A program made the translations under genes and the position numbers. A DNA stretch of 64,000 nt, taken from positions 6,662,407 to 6,726,406 of the forward strand of contig MU058584.1 of assembly GCA_013265495.1 (NCBI GenBank). Reading direction: 5' to 3'. Origin of the DNA: Vicugna vicugna (Eukaryota). The notes beneath the pieces were generated by a model, which saw nothing but the letters and a program-made list of their open reading frames with translations, made no database searches and had not been told where the DNA came from. Shown one piece after another: positions 40,051-52,929 of this stretch (its first letter is position 1; the number at the start of each line of letters is the position of its first letter).

Positions 40051-41649
40051 AGTCTCAAAGTTTTTAGACTTCATAATTCCACCAACACATTACTTAATGT
40101 TTTCATCCTAACACTTTGGAAAAAAAAAAAGAACTCTAGATGTTTGACTAGATCATACTTTTTTAGGGTCTTTTCTGTTTATTTGCTCTCATTGAATGTA
40201 GATGAGTTTCTGTATTTTCTATGTACTTTTGCAATTTGGTAGTGTGGAAGGACAGAAAAATTATACAATGTGCTGTGCCCTACATATTATATAAGTCTTC
40301 TAAGAATAAAAACTTGAAAAAACAAAAATAAATTTAAAAAAAACTTGGAAAAAAAATTAAAACTTGGTGGTGGAATACCAAAAGTATTACAGATTTTTCA
40401 TATTTGAAAACTTCCATGTGAGAATCTTGAGTCTTTTTGCAACAACTCTCAAATTTTACTGTAAAAGAGAATGTAATAGATTATGTGCTATACTTGTTCA
40501 TGGACTTTCTTCTTTTTTTCCTATTACAAGAATTTCATTCTAAATTCATATGTATGTCCTAAGAATTATCATGTCTAAATGAAAATGTGATATAGCTCGC
40601 CCCTCCCCCCCACCAAATCCACACTTCTCCAGAAAGATAACTTTAAAAATTAACGCCTATTGTTTGGAGAATTTTCTTTAGTGTAAAGGTGGGAAGTTTT
40701 TCTCTTTTTACAAAAAAAGTGGCATAATTAGTTAGTCGCAGTTTTAAAGAAATGTCCTTATTAATTAAGACAAAAGTTTAACTAAATAAAAAAAAACAAA
40801 TACAATGGAACTAAATGATAATGCACATGTGGGGAGGAGGCGGGCATCCTGCCTTTTCCCATCTGGTATTGGTTTCCATTCGGCATTATTTTTAGCTTCA
40901 TACATTTACCATTCCTATAATTAAATGCTGGGTAATAAAAGAATCAGAATGGTCCCTGCTCATCTTAACCATGTCCTTTCCATTTTGAAACACAATAAGA
41001 AGAGAAAAAAGGGAGGAACGTGGGAGGAGAAAACAAGGAAGTTTCTTTATGACTGTTTATAAACATGGGAATGGCAGACTTCTTAATGTGTTCATTAATA
41101 AGAAAGCAATGCCTCCTCTCCCTCTTCTCCCCATCTCTCGAATCCCTCCCTCACTGTCTTTCTGTTCTTTCAAGCTTCCATCCTTCAGTCCAAAGAATGA
41201 AGTTTCTCTAGCGCTCCAGTTAAAGTTTTGGGATTCACCATGAGATAGTGTCAAATACAGTTTATTATCATGAGATCTACAAGTAATTATCTGACAAATC
41301 TCTGATACCGTGTATGTGTAACATAAAATCACAACCATGGAAACTGCTACTTTGGAAAAATAAGGCTAAATCTAAGTATGATTGGCTCTTTGAAATTTTT
41401 TTCCAGTAATAATGCTTGTTACTTGTTTATTTTATCAAGCAGAAAATCAATTGATACCAAAGATTTAGGCAAAATTTATGAAAAAATTATTTTAAACCAA
41501 AGAAACGTTCTCCATGAGCCTAACTTTTATTGACAAATTAAGAAAGACCATCATTATTCAATCAGTGATCAAATTCATGGATTGCTGCCAGAGGAAGCAC
41601 CAGGAGCTCACTGCGACACCCCAGGATGCAGAAGGTACTAGGTTTAATG

Positions 41650-41870
41650 GGTGCTCTTGGATAAAAGGGTCCCACAACCAAATGAGATCCGAAAATGCTA
41701 AGTTAAAGAAAGTTAAATACATTTCTGAGAGCACCTCAGGGGTACTCTGCCATTTAAAATGCGAAAGTGCAAAATGAATTTGCAAAAGGAGGCAGTGATC
41801 ATAGAAGCTTTTGTTTGCGGAGCATGTCCTTGAACTGAAGTCATATAGGGAAACAGTCTCAGAATCTGAT
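41650..41870. mobile_element. MER103-like hAT-Charlie MITE
   Basis: 'gaaaatgctaagttaaagaaagttaaatacatttct...tttaaaatgcgaaagtgcaaaatgaatttgcaaaagg' resembles the recalled MER103 core. Confidence 0.55.
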
Positions 41871-42357
41871 AGGGAACTGATCTTCCTAGGGAACAAAACC
41901 ACTAATTTTTTATTACAACTTTTTATAATACACAATTTATCTAAGAGAAGTGGAATTACAGGAAGTTAAGCATGAAAAAAACTATGGTAACATTATTAAT
42001 TAATTAATCTATTTATTTCCCCTACGTCAATAGATATCCTTGGGATTTAATAAGAATAAAACAAGGCTCGCTGCCTCAGAGAACAGAGAAGCAGCAGCTA
42101 TGAAAATGCTGGAGAAGAAATCAGCCTTCGAGTGTTGATCCAGCGTCTCGTACAGGAAGGACGAGGAGGACGTAAGAGTGACCTTGTCGGCAGAACCTCC
42201 CCATTTCACCTTTGCACACGCTTCTTCCAGAACCTCACACAATATCATAAACGTAAGATGATGAAAGTCAGGATGCACGTGTCAGGGCTATTTTTCTAAT
42301 CTTGAGTTTATTCATTAACAAAGCTTCCCTAAAATTAAATCTCATTTAGTTGTGCAT

Positions 42358-42730
42358 TTCTATTAGTTAGGATTTTGTTTGTCTGCAAGTGATAAAAACT
42401 TAAAGCAGCAGACTTAGAAGTTTCATGATCTTTAGGAATAAAGTCTGGAGGTAGGCTGTAGAAAGCTGCCAAGTCAGCTCAGTGATCGCCAAGGCCCTCA
42501 GCCCACGGCTTCTTCCTCATTGCCAGTCTTCAACGACCACATCCTTGCTGAAGCTGATAGGAAAGAGGAAAGGAAAACCAAAGCAAGCCTCTCCACTTAA
42601 GGATGCTTCCCAGAATTTTTAAATACACCATCAGGAGGGAGACTGAGAAGTGTAGTCCTTATTGCAAGTGTCCATGGACTCAGCTAAAAATTGGGAATTC
42701 TATTACTATAGAATAAAGAGGGAAAGCATT
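42358..42730 (-). mobile_element. MaLR solo LTR (MLT1J-like)
   Basis: 'tattagttaggattttgtttgtctgcaagtgataaaaac...aagtctggaggtaggc...gactgagaagtgtagtc...cagctaaaaattgggaattctattact'. Confidence 0.75.
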
Positions 42731-42849
42731 TAATACTCAAAGTATTTAATAAATTAAAGAAAAGTATATGAAAGAAAAAATTGTGATGTATATTAAAGAA
42801 AATAAAAGTATATGAAAACTGAGAGAGAATAGCCAGCCAGAAGAAAATG

Positions 42850-43366
42850 CTTAGCTTGCATCTTTGGAAGTGTGATTAAATTTCCTAGTAGGGACGTCTG
42901 TCTATCTCGAGAGAAGATATACATAAGAAAGAAAGGACATACAAAGAAAGAAAATTTACTTCCCTCTTCATCTCTGCATCTTTCCCACCCTCTCCAAACT
43001 ATGCTAGGGAGTTCGGAAAGAGATGAGTATGAAAAAGAGAAGAAACATACCTCAGCCCCTTCTGGAGGCTGCCAGACCACCACCACCCCTAGCTTGGGGG
43101 AGGAGAAGTTGTGATTCTCAGTGAAACAAGCTGTGCTGTTGGACAGTTTTCATTACTAAATTTTGATGGCTCTGTTACTTAAAGTGATCATAGGACTTTT
43201 TAGTAGCAACAGGAGATCAGATGTTATAGGTGTGACTAACGGTTTTATCCAGGAACAGGAAAAGAGCTTTCCTACTGAATAAAGTTTAAAGGGAAAATGA
43301 GGGAGGAAAAGTAAAGATTATTTGTGACAATATCCCATGAGTATTACCTGTACAACCCTGATCACA
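42850..43366 (+). mobile_element. Ancient LTR (LTR78-like)
   Basis: The 3' part 'gaataaagtttaaagggaaaatgaggga...gtaaagattatttgtgacaatatcccatgagt...atcaca' resembles the recalled LTR78 3' end. Confidence 0.45.
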
Positions 43367-45079
43367 ATAACTACCTCATAGGGTGTTTTGTGAAGATTAT
43401 GTTAAAAAAGGATAGAGAACAAGGCATAAAGAGGAACTAAAAATATTGGCTTCCTTCCCTTGATTCAGGCTACTCATCCAACAAATATGTACTAAATTTA
43501 TACTATTTGCCAGTTATGTTTTCAGAATAAAGACATAAAAGGGGGGATGATAGCAAAAAGTAGAAATTAATTTGAGGGAAAATCATATCTCAATTTTCCT
43601 CGTCTAAACAGAATTCATGAACCTGACTCACTGTTACCTGAGGGCAGCTGCTGAAATTTTAGACACAATTTCCAGGAGGGACTCCAGTACTTGAGGCTTG
43701 AAATTTTAAACACATTTTATTAACAAAGTGATTCTATAACATACTTCTTGAGTTTTGTGAGATCATTTAGTTATTTTTCTATTAAATACCTTTGCCAACT
43801 CAAATGAGTCCACACACAGATATGACAGACAGGGTCTGAAATCATTTTCTGGGCGTACTAAGCTAGAGAGAAGCCACTTTCCACTGTGTCACCGAAAGGT
43901 GGAAATTTCAGTTTTCTCCATTAACATGATGGATTTCACTTGTCTTTTCTGCTTTCCTGGTTGTAATCTTTAATGCACACAAGTTTTATCTTTAGTGGCA
44001 CCTAGTGGTTTCATGTTGTAATGAAACATTTTTGCTTTGATGCTTTTCTCTGGCTGATGAAAAAGTCAAGAGTGGCTGGGCTTGGATTTGTTTCTCATTT
44101 CTACCCTCGTCAAATAGTCTGTGAGAAAAATTACTTTGTATTATGGCAATTCAGATTCTCCCACTTCCTGCTTGTAAATAGAATTGATATTTGTGCTCCC
44201 ATATCATTGATGGGATGCCAAAAATCCTCTCCCTGGAGGAGAGGTGCTATGTTCTTTCAAGTGGTTGTAATTGTAAAGCAACTCCCTTTCCTCCACTGGG
44301 AGCTGTGGAGGTGTTGTAAACCAACATTGCGGAGAAAAGAAGAGAAACAGTGTCAATTCCTTCCTTTCCCTGGGTGGAGCAGAGACATACTATGGAGATT
44401 CTTAGAGAAGCAGCCAGTGATTCACATTATTCTGTCTGGCTTGAACTTGTGATTATTTAAAAGCAAAATGAAAACCAGAATTTGACAGTCCAGATTTGAA
44501 AGCCATTTCAACATCATTTTATAACAGACTCAACTGTGGTTCAGCAGTTATTTATCTTATTCTTGTCTTCTGTTTGCTTTCCACCCATAGATTATTAAAA
44601 AACTGAGAGTCAAATGAGTTCCCAGGGAACAGAAGAATCCAATGCATTATGACTTTCTTCTTTCTGCCTAAGTTTTAAATAGAGAAAAGCACAAAAACAA
44701 TATAGCAAACACTCATGTGTCATATTCTCTTTAATAAAATAAATAAATATTATGGGGAAAGTTGCTCTTATTTTTTTCTTTCTTTCCAATCCTATTCCCT
44801 ATCACAATCATGCATATGGTATTTATCCTCCAAGCGCACGTTTTGTAAAAATAATTTGCTCTCAATATATACACCCACCAAAGATATTATTCACTGTGTT
44901 TTATGTGTTTAAATTATATAACTATTATTATACTGGACGTATCATTCTACAATTTTTTATAGCTATCCATTATTTCAACTACTGAGTTCCACTGTATGAA
45001 TAGATCACAATATATTTGTCTATTCTCTGACTATAACAAATTTTCCAATTTTTTTTTCCTATCAAAAACAAGGCTATCA

Positions 45080-45173
45080 GGGGGAAGGAATCGCTCAGTG
45101 GTAGAGAACATGCTTAGCATATACAAGGTCCTGGGTTCAATCCCCAGTACCATCATTAAATAAATAAATAAAT
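45080..45173 (+). mobile_element. tRNA-derived SINE, Vic-1-like (camelid), with 11-bp TSD
   Basis: A box 'tcgctcagtggt', B box 'ggttcaatcc' and a (TAAA)n tail. TSD aacaaggctat at 45067-45077 and 45174-45184. Confidence 0.9.
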
Positions 45174-45194
45174 AACAAGGCTATGAAAGTACTT

Positions 45195-47165
45195 GAATAG
45201 TGGAGTAAGAACCTCTAAAACTCTGCTCCTCCTTAAAAGCAATGGCAAAATCAACTTTTTTAGAACTCAGAGAAATAACTGAATGTTTGCAATTGCCTAA
45301 GAAGTGTTTTTGTTTGTTTGTTTTGTTTTGTTTTGTTTTAATGGCTGAAAACCAACAACTCCAAAACCACAGTAGCTGTGAAAACCAAGCAGCCTGGCCA
45401 CTGCTAGAGAGGGCAGAATAGGTTCATAGCTCCCCCAAGTCCCCCAGGGAACCATCACTATTTGACCTTTTTGTTATCTCCTTGAAAAAGTTCCATTCAC
45501 AGAGCTTGACTTTATTTTACCTGACTCAGAAGTCATTTGGTAGAGACAACCCTATTCCCAGAGCATTTGTCAAAACCAATCAATGACATTAAATATAAAT
45601 AAAATTAACACTCCAATATAAAGTTAGAGATATTCAGAATGGGTACAAAAAATATTATCCACATATTTGCTATTTGCCAGAGACATAACTTTAGATTCAA
45701 AGATATAAATAAACTGAAAGTAAAAATATGAAAAAGATGTATCATGCAAATAGTAACCAAATGAGAGATGAAGTGGCTCTAACAATACAAGACAAAATTA
45801 ACTTTTAAGACAAAAATTATTACCAGAGACAAAAAGGACATTTTATAATGATAAATGAGCCAATACATCAGGAAGACATAACAATGATAAACATATATAC
45901 ACCTAACCAAAGAGCCCCAAAATACACTGAGCAAAAATTGACAGAAGAGGAGAGACAAATAGACAATTTAATAACAATAGTTGGAGATTTCCATATCCCA
46001 CTTTTAATAATGGATAGAATGATTAGAAAATCAACAAGGAAATAGAAAACTTGAACACTATAAACCAACTGGACCTGGCAGACATCTACTGAACACTCAA
46101 CCAAACAGCAGAATGCATTCTTCTCACATGCACACAAAACTAAAAGAATTGAAATAATACAAAGCATGTTTTCCATTTACAATGGAACAAAATTAACAGA
46201 AGGAAATCTGGAAAATACACAAATATGCAAAAATTAAACAGTACATTCCTAGGCAACCAATAGATCAAAGTAGAAATCACAAGGAAAATTAGAAAATACT
46301 TTGAGATGAATGAAAACAAAATCATAACATACCAAGAGTTATGAGATGCAACTAAATTTATAGCAGTAAATGCCTACATTAAGAATGAAGAAAATCTCTA
46401 GTTAATAACCTAACTTTGTAGTTTATAATCTAGAAAAAGAAGAGCAAACTAATCCAAAGCTAGCAGAAAAAATAAACAATAAAGATTAGGTGAACATACA
46501 TGAAAAACAGACTAGAAGGAAATAAAAGAGAAATTAATTAAAACCAAATGCTGGTTTTTTGAAAAGATAAAAAAAAATCAACAAACCTTTAGCTATACTG
46601 CTCAAGAAAAAGGGCATAAGACTGGAATGATTAAAATTAGGACTAATAGGACATTACTATCAGCCTTACAGAAATTGAAAAGATTTTATGGGGATGCTCT
46701 CAATTATTATATGTCAACGAATTAGATAACATACAAGATGGACAAATTTCTAAAGAGACACAAACTAGCAAAACGGATTCAAGGTGGGAGGAGAAAAAAC
46801 TAGTTCAAGCAGAAAAAATTTAATAAAACTAAAATAAGAGATTAAATTAGTAGTCAAAAACCTTCCTACAAAGAAAATCTCAGAACCAGATGGCTTTACT
46901 GGTGAATTTGACCAAATGGTTAAAGATAAACCAACACCAGTCCTTTATAAACTCTTCTAAAAAAAAAAAAAATAGAAGAGGACTGAACATTGTTCAACTC
47001 ATTCTAAGAAAAAGAAAAAAAACCTAAGAGATCAATATCTCATAAAAGTAGATGCACAGATAGTGGTGATAGTTCTACAACTCTGTTACTACATTTGAAA
47101 CTACTAAATCGTACACTTTAAAAGGGTGAATTTTATGGAATGTGAATTATATATTAAATTTGTTA
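45195..47165 (+). mobile_element. L1MB/L1M4-like element: 5' end + ORF2 N-terminal part + 3' end, with large internal deletions
   Basis: ORF 45848..46045 'IHQEDITMINIYTPNQRAPKY...ITIVGDFHIPL' is the L1 endonuclease. 'ccagatggctttactggtgaatt' (PDGFTGEF) lies at about 46887. The 3' end reads 'gtacactttaaaagggtgaattttatggaatgtgaattatat'. Confidence 0.88.
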
Positions 47166-47272
47166 TAAAAATAATGTTACAATGAACATCCTTCCCCACA
47201 CCTTATGGAATCTGAATTATATCTTAAATTTGTTATAAAAATAATGTTACAATGAACATCCTTCCCCACGCC
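47133..47272. repeat. 70-bp tandem duplication
   Basis: 47133-47202 vs 47203-47272, 3 mismatches. Confidence 0.95.
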
Positions 47273-47640
47273 TCCTAGTGCATAAATTGTACAAATGTTT
47301 CTATGCCTATGGGCCTATGATTGGAAATTCTGGTTTGTAGTTTTTCTGTTTTGCTAGAATGTGACAAATTGCTCTACAAAGTAGCTATATCCACTTATAC
47401 TCCCTCCAGTGCTGTGAGAAAGTTCCAGTTTCTTTTAGCTTTGCCAATATTTAAATTATCAACTTAAAATTTTTTAGTTATTATTTTATTTTTACTTATT
47501 GGTTGTGAAGTGGTATTTCATTGGTTTGCATTTTCACGACTTCAAGGAAGATTAAGCATCGTGCAATATTTATTAACCATTCAGTTTTCCGTCTGTGAAT
47601 TTCCTGTTCATACCCTTTGCCCACCTTCTACTGAGCTGCT
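47273..47640 (-). mobile_element. Old L1 ORF2 C-terminal fragment, antisense
   Basis: 'caaattgctctacaaagtagctatatccacttatactccctccagtg...gtgaagtggtatttcattgg...ccattcagttttcc'. Confidence 0.8.
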
Positions 47641-48949
47641 GGTTTACAGAGCTACCTTTCAGTACTGGTGACAAAAGGAACAGAAGCCTTCCTCCTCAGC
47701 AGTGACAGTGAGCATTATCAGCCACTTGGGCAAATCAATACTTTTCAGGCAAGAACCACATCCATTCCAGAATGGAATCTTTGAAATATATGGTTGTCAT
47801 GACAAGTGACAACATCTCAAAAGATTCCTTTGGTTGATAGACTATTTTGCCTTTCGCTAAGAAGTAAGATACTTAAGTTTCTCTTCACTACTCTGACTCC
47901 TATCAATTATTGAGAAGTTACACACAAGTAAGTGAGTTTTCTTCTATTAATCCTTCAGTCAGTCAAAAGCCTGTCTTCTTTCTAACCTTGACTATTTTTC
48001 TTAGTTTTTGTTCTGTTAAAAGAAAGAATTATGTATATATTAGAATTCACCTCACCATTGACCCTCTTCTACAGTTCTTCCAAATTTGCCAATTGGAAGA
48101 GTTCATCTTTGTTAATTAATCTCCTAATTTCAAGTCTATCTTCTTTTCCATCATCTGACCACATCTCTCCTACCTTACAAGCATCTTGAGCACTTACGTT
48201 AACTTATGGCAGTCTGCATCATCAAAGTATGGTCTCACCTCAAGCACTCAAAGTCTAAAATTTGAATTCTCCTCCAGAAAACATTTCATGTCTCTAAATG
48301 AAGCTTGATTTCAAGGAGTCAGGAAAGAGAAAAATTCATCAGGTGGTGAAAAAGCTCATGAGACTAAATAGTTTAAACATCAGTTTTGAAAAAATGTTGG
48401 TCACAATTTATTAAAATAAGTCATACACACATAAAAACACAGAATAGCAAAAAAAAAAAAACTGTATCACAGGGAACATTCTAGATCTGTCCTAAAATTT
48501 CTTCACATATGTATTCAATCCTGTGAGAATCTTAAGGAGCAAACTTTTGCTAAATCTACATCTTTAACAGGGTAGACTAGTTATGCACATTTAGTAAAAT
48601 ATGGAATGTTTGAAAATAACAAGGAAAACATTCCAGTATAGAAATAGCTGAACTGTGAGTAAACATAGCATCTCTGGAATGAAGCTTTGGCTTACATGTT
48701 TGGACACAGGGATACCTCCCTGGAAGATGAATGATGCTTTTTGTAGGGGATGGAGACATGAGGAAAGCAAGGTAAGCAGCTGAGACAGAAAACACACTCA
48801 ACGTCTTCTTTGGTTCTGGTTTTCAATGAAGGATAAGCTGCTGAGGCTGGAGTAACCAGAACAAACAGAAGCTACTGTTGCCAGTAGGTCAGGATAGAGG
48901 AGGTCAATTCTGCAGCAGCTCTGAAGGTGTCAAGATCAAATAATGGGGG

Positions 48950-49096
48950 AAGAACAAGTATAAAAGAGCAAATTTACATACATAGTTCCAGGTCAAGAGG
49001 AGAATTTCTCCATTTGAAAGTCCAGCAAACATGTGATCTGAGAGTAGCTCATCTCATTCAACACTGAGTAATTGCCAAAATGGAATCAATAGAGAA

Positions 49097-49130
<34 letters not shown>

Positions 49131-52100
49131 CTTTACAAGAAAAAAACAGGAACATAGTATAAAAAAGAATGACAGTTAAATAATTATAGAAAAATATCAC
49201 AGAGCAGATAGAAAATACTTTATAATTTAATGAAGCAATTTTATCTGGAAAATGTAATTTTGAAATAAAGATATAAGAATTTAGGGGAAAAACCAGCGCA
49301 GCTTAGGACAGAAGTGGAGGGGAAAAAATATTCCCACAAAAACAAAGGCCATGCTGGAAACAATGCAAAGAAAGTAAGCAGTGCTGAAAACGGGGTAGGG
49401 AGCACGAAGGACGAGATTGAGGAAGCCAGAAGGACGTTGACAAAGAGATCTATATAACCATAACTGGTATAACCAAAGAAGAGAACCAAAAGAATACAAG
49501 AAAATATTTTAATAAAAGTTTTAATAAAACCTTTCATGAAGTTATAGACTGAAAAGCAGACTATGTCCCTTGAAGAATTTTTTTAACTTATGACAAAGGA
49601 GCTATATCTTAGTAACGTTACTGATTTCCAAAGATAAAGAATACTTTGGAAATCCAGGAAAAGGAAAAATTAACATTTTGGGGAGAAGAAAAACTCCAGC
49701 TCACCTTAGCCTTTCCCACATCAATGCAGGATGACAATGGTACAGTGCTTATAAAATCCTTGAGGAAAACACTGTGGCCCAAGAATGTTACACCCAGGCA
49801 AAATTCAACCCAGAGTAAGTGGGGAAATTTTTTTTAACATAGAAGAACTCAAGGAATGTGACTCCCTTCTTCAAGAAACTAACAGAAAATGAACTTCAGT
49901 TCAGCAGGAGATGAACAGAGAGGCATGGCAGTGTGCACTGTATCTATTTAAATATAGGGCCAGGATATAAAGGAAAGTGGGGATTATTGTCACAGAACTA
50001 ACTGTAAATATTATAAACCTTGTAATCACAAAAATTATATCACTGATAAAACACAAACATTAGTAAATAAGGAGGAAAGTGATGTAAGTACATTGATTTC
50101 TTTATTATTAAAACTTAGGGATTAATAAGTCATCAAGTAATACAAACAAAAAAGTATAAGTGTTTCACTAAGTTACTTAATCAGCTAAAATCATATGAGG
50201 GATGAGGGGAGGGGAAGAAATAGAAATGAATGAATTTCATCTTTGCTCACAGCTGGGAATCAACATATTTGGTCTAAAGTTTTGAGAAATAAATATATTA
50301 CAAAAAGTTATAGTCATCTTAATCATAATCACAACAGGAATATAAACCTTTCATATTAAAGAAACACTCAAAAACACACACACACAAAGAAAGTGAGGAA
50401 AAACTACCAAATAATAAAGGATTTAAAAGTAGCAACAACAATAAAAATGCATGACATAAAATATAGAACAAAATTAAGACCAAAATCTGTTTTATAAATA
50501 AATTAGAATCAATTGAATTTACCTATAATAAGAAAGGAATCTGGTTCCAAATAAAACCCAGCAATATGCTACCTACCAGAGACAGTTACAGAACTGAATA
50601 TCTCAGAAAGGCTGTAAAGGGGGAAAAGTGTACCAAGAAAATGTAAACAACAACAATAAAAACAAATTAGGAGTTGGGATCTTAATTCAGATAACCTTGA
50701 CTTAATTTAGGTTTTGAATCAAGCTTTAAAGCATTAAGTGTGGTTTTTTTTTAATGTACTACATAATGAGAAAGTTTATAATCTATCAAAAGGATAAAAT
50801 AATTATAAGAACCTATGTGGTAAGAAGAATTTTAAGATTTCCCCCAGTATTCCTATCTCTTAGCATCCATGCCTTGTATAAATCCCTCCTCTTGAAGCTG
50901 AAAAACTAGAGGATACAGGAGGAAGCTCTAAATATGATGGGTTATGATTATGTTACACAATATAGCAAAAGAGATTTTACAGATGGAATTAGGTTGCCAG
51001 ACAGTTGTCTTGGAGTTAATTAAAAGCAATATTATGAGTGAGCCTGATGTAACTGCATAATCCCTTTAAGTCTGGGTCTATATGCTGGAGACAAAAGTCA
51101 GATATTGGTAGTGTGAGAAGGCCTGTGAAGGGACCACAGAGCAAGGAAGCACAGACAGCTTCTAGAAGCTGAAAGATGCCCTCAGACCCAGCCAGCAACA
51201 GAACAGGATCCTCAGTCTTACGGTCTTAAGGAACTGAATTCAGCCAACAACTTAAATGACCTTGGAAGAAGATCCTGAGCTTCAAGTGAGATAGCAGTTC
51301 ATACTGACACCTTGATTCCAGATGCATGAGACCCTAAGAAGAGCCTGAACTTCTTGATCCACAGAAACTGTCAAATAATAAACGGGTGGTTTTTTAAGCC
51401 ATACATTTGTGGCAATTTGTTACACAGCAATTCAAAAATTAGTATGATCTACATACCATAGTAGCATTAAAACTGATAAAGCAAAACAAAGCTATAGAAA
51501 AGTTACTAGTTTATGTACTAATACAAAGTACTCTTTTGCAGCATCAGTAGTAGAAGACTTTAATTCACCTCCGTCAGCATGTCGTCAAGGAGCAGCAAAG
51601 CAAATAAATCTACAGGATATGCTTCAGACAACGGCAAGCATGCATGTATGTTTATGTGGGGGCGGGGGGGAGAAACCCATATATCTAGCCCTGAAAACAA
51701 AGAATGTATCTTTTTTCTAAAGCCTACAAGAAGGGATACTCACAGAAGATAACCAAATGTTAAGCTAGAAATTTCTGTATAAATTCCAGTGTGTAGAAAC
51801 AGCAGAAATATTCTCTGATCATAATGCAAAAAATACTAAAAGCCAATAATAAACTTATAAAACAAAAAACCCCTACCACTTGTCATATAAGGTATTCTAT
51901 TTTTTATTCTATTTTATTTAAATTTTCCTCTTATGTAAAAGAGGAAATTAATGCAGAAATTACAGAATGTCGATAGCACTACATATCAGAAGCTACAGCA
52001 TAAAGCTAAAAGAATGCATGAGAAAAAGCCATAGCTTTACATACTTAGAATTATAAACCAAAAGGAGTGGAAATAATTGAATCAAGTATTCATAACAAGA

Positions 52101-52230
52101 AGTTAGAAAATCAAAGTAATTCCAAGGAAGGCAGAAGGAAAGAAGGTATATGTAAAAATGAAGCTGCATCCTTGAACTTGGTAAGAGAAAAGTAGTAGGG
52201 CTAATGAATAAATTCAAAATCTGATACTTT
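48950..52230 (+). mobile_element. Ancient L1ME/HAL1-like element (ORF1 through ORF2 EN), interrupted by an MLT1 LTR
   Basis: Degenerate ORF1 motifs ('ggatgacaatggtacagtgcttataaaatccttgagg...cccaagaatgttacacccaggcaaaatt') and EN-like 'gtagtagaagactttaattcacctc' downstream of the LTR. Confidence 0.7.
50816..51446 (+). mobile_element. MaLR solo LTR (MLT1E-like) with 5-bp TSD
   Basis: Starts 'tgtggtaagaagaattttaagat', contains 'aaggaactgaattcagccaacaac', ends 'ttgtggcaatttgttacacagcaattcaaaaattagtatg'. Flanks accta (50811-50815) / atcta (51447-51451). Confidence 0.9.
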
Positions 52231-52232
52231 TC

Positions 52233-52700
52233 CATGATGAGAAGGACACTTCACTTCTGCAGCATTTTTTCCCAAAACCTACATTTCCAATCAAATTATG
52301 AGGAAAATATCAGATAAATGCAAATTGAGAGACATTCTACAAAATACTTGACCAGTACCCTTTTCAAAACAGTCAAATTTATGAACAAGCAAAGATTGCA
52401 AAACCACCACAGAACAGAGGAAACAAAGGAGACATGATGACAAAATGCAATGTGGGATCCAGAATTGGATCCTGGAACAGAAAAAAAAATAGTGGTAAAA
52501 TGGCTAAAATCCAAATAAAGTCTATAGTTTAGTTATTAAAATTGTACCAGTATTAATTGTTCAGTTTTGGAAAGTGTGCTAAGGTTAAGTAAGATGATAA
52601 CATTAGGGGAAGCTAGTGAGGGGTATATGAGAGCTCTATACTATCTATGCGACTTTCCTGTAAATCCAAAATTATTCTAAAATAAAGATATTATTTTTTA
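52233..52700 (+). mobile_element. L1MC/MD-type 3'UTR end
   Basis: 'gacattctacaaaatacttgaccagtac...gacatgatgacaaaatgcaatgtgggatcc...ctttcctgtaaatccaaaattattctaaaataaa'. Confidence 0.88.
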
Positions 52701-52929
52701 AAAAGAATTACAGAAGACCTAAAAAATTTAAACAAAATTAAAATTAAAGAAATAAAAATAATTATCAAAGGGCTACCACCTCAAACAAAAACATAACCAG
52801 TTCCAAAGATTTTATGAGGGAATTTTACCAAATATTTCAGAAACTGGTAACTCCAATTCTAATTAAATCATGCTGCTATCACAGAGAAATTTAAAAGGAA
52901 CTCATATTCCTTCCCATGAATGGAATGAT

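Noticed and set aside
44021..44452. 143-aa ATG-initiated ORF
   Set aside because: No recognisable domain, composition typical of non-coding DNA, and no supporting gene structure.
45080..45155. A tRNA gene (A and B boxes, tRNA-like length)
   Set aside because: It has a TAAA tail and an 11-bp TSD, the acceptor stem is imperfect and there is no oligo-T terminator. It is a SINE.
49100..49128. A 29-nt pure poly(A) as the tail of a retrocopy
   Set aside because: No TSD and no upstream retroposed body or poly(A) signal. More likely slippage within an A-rich old L1.
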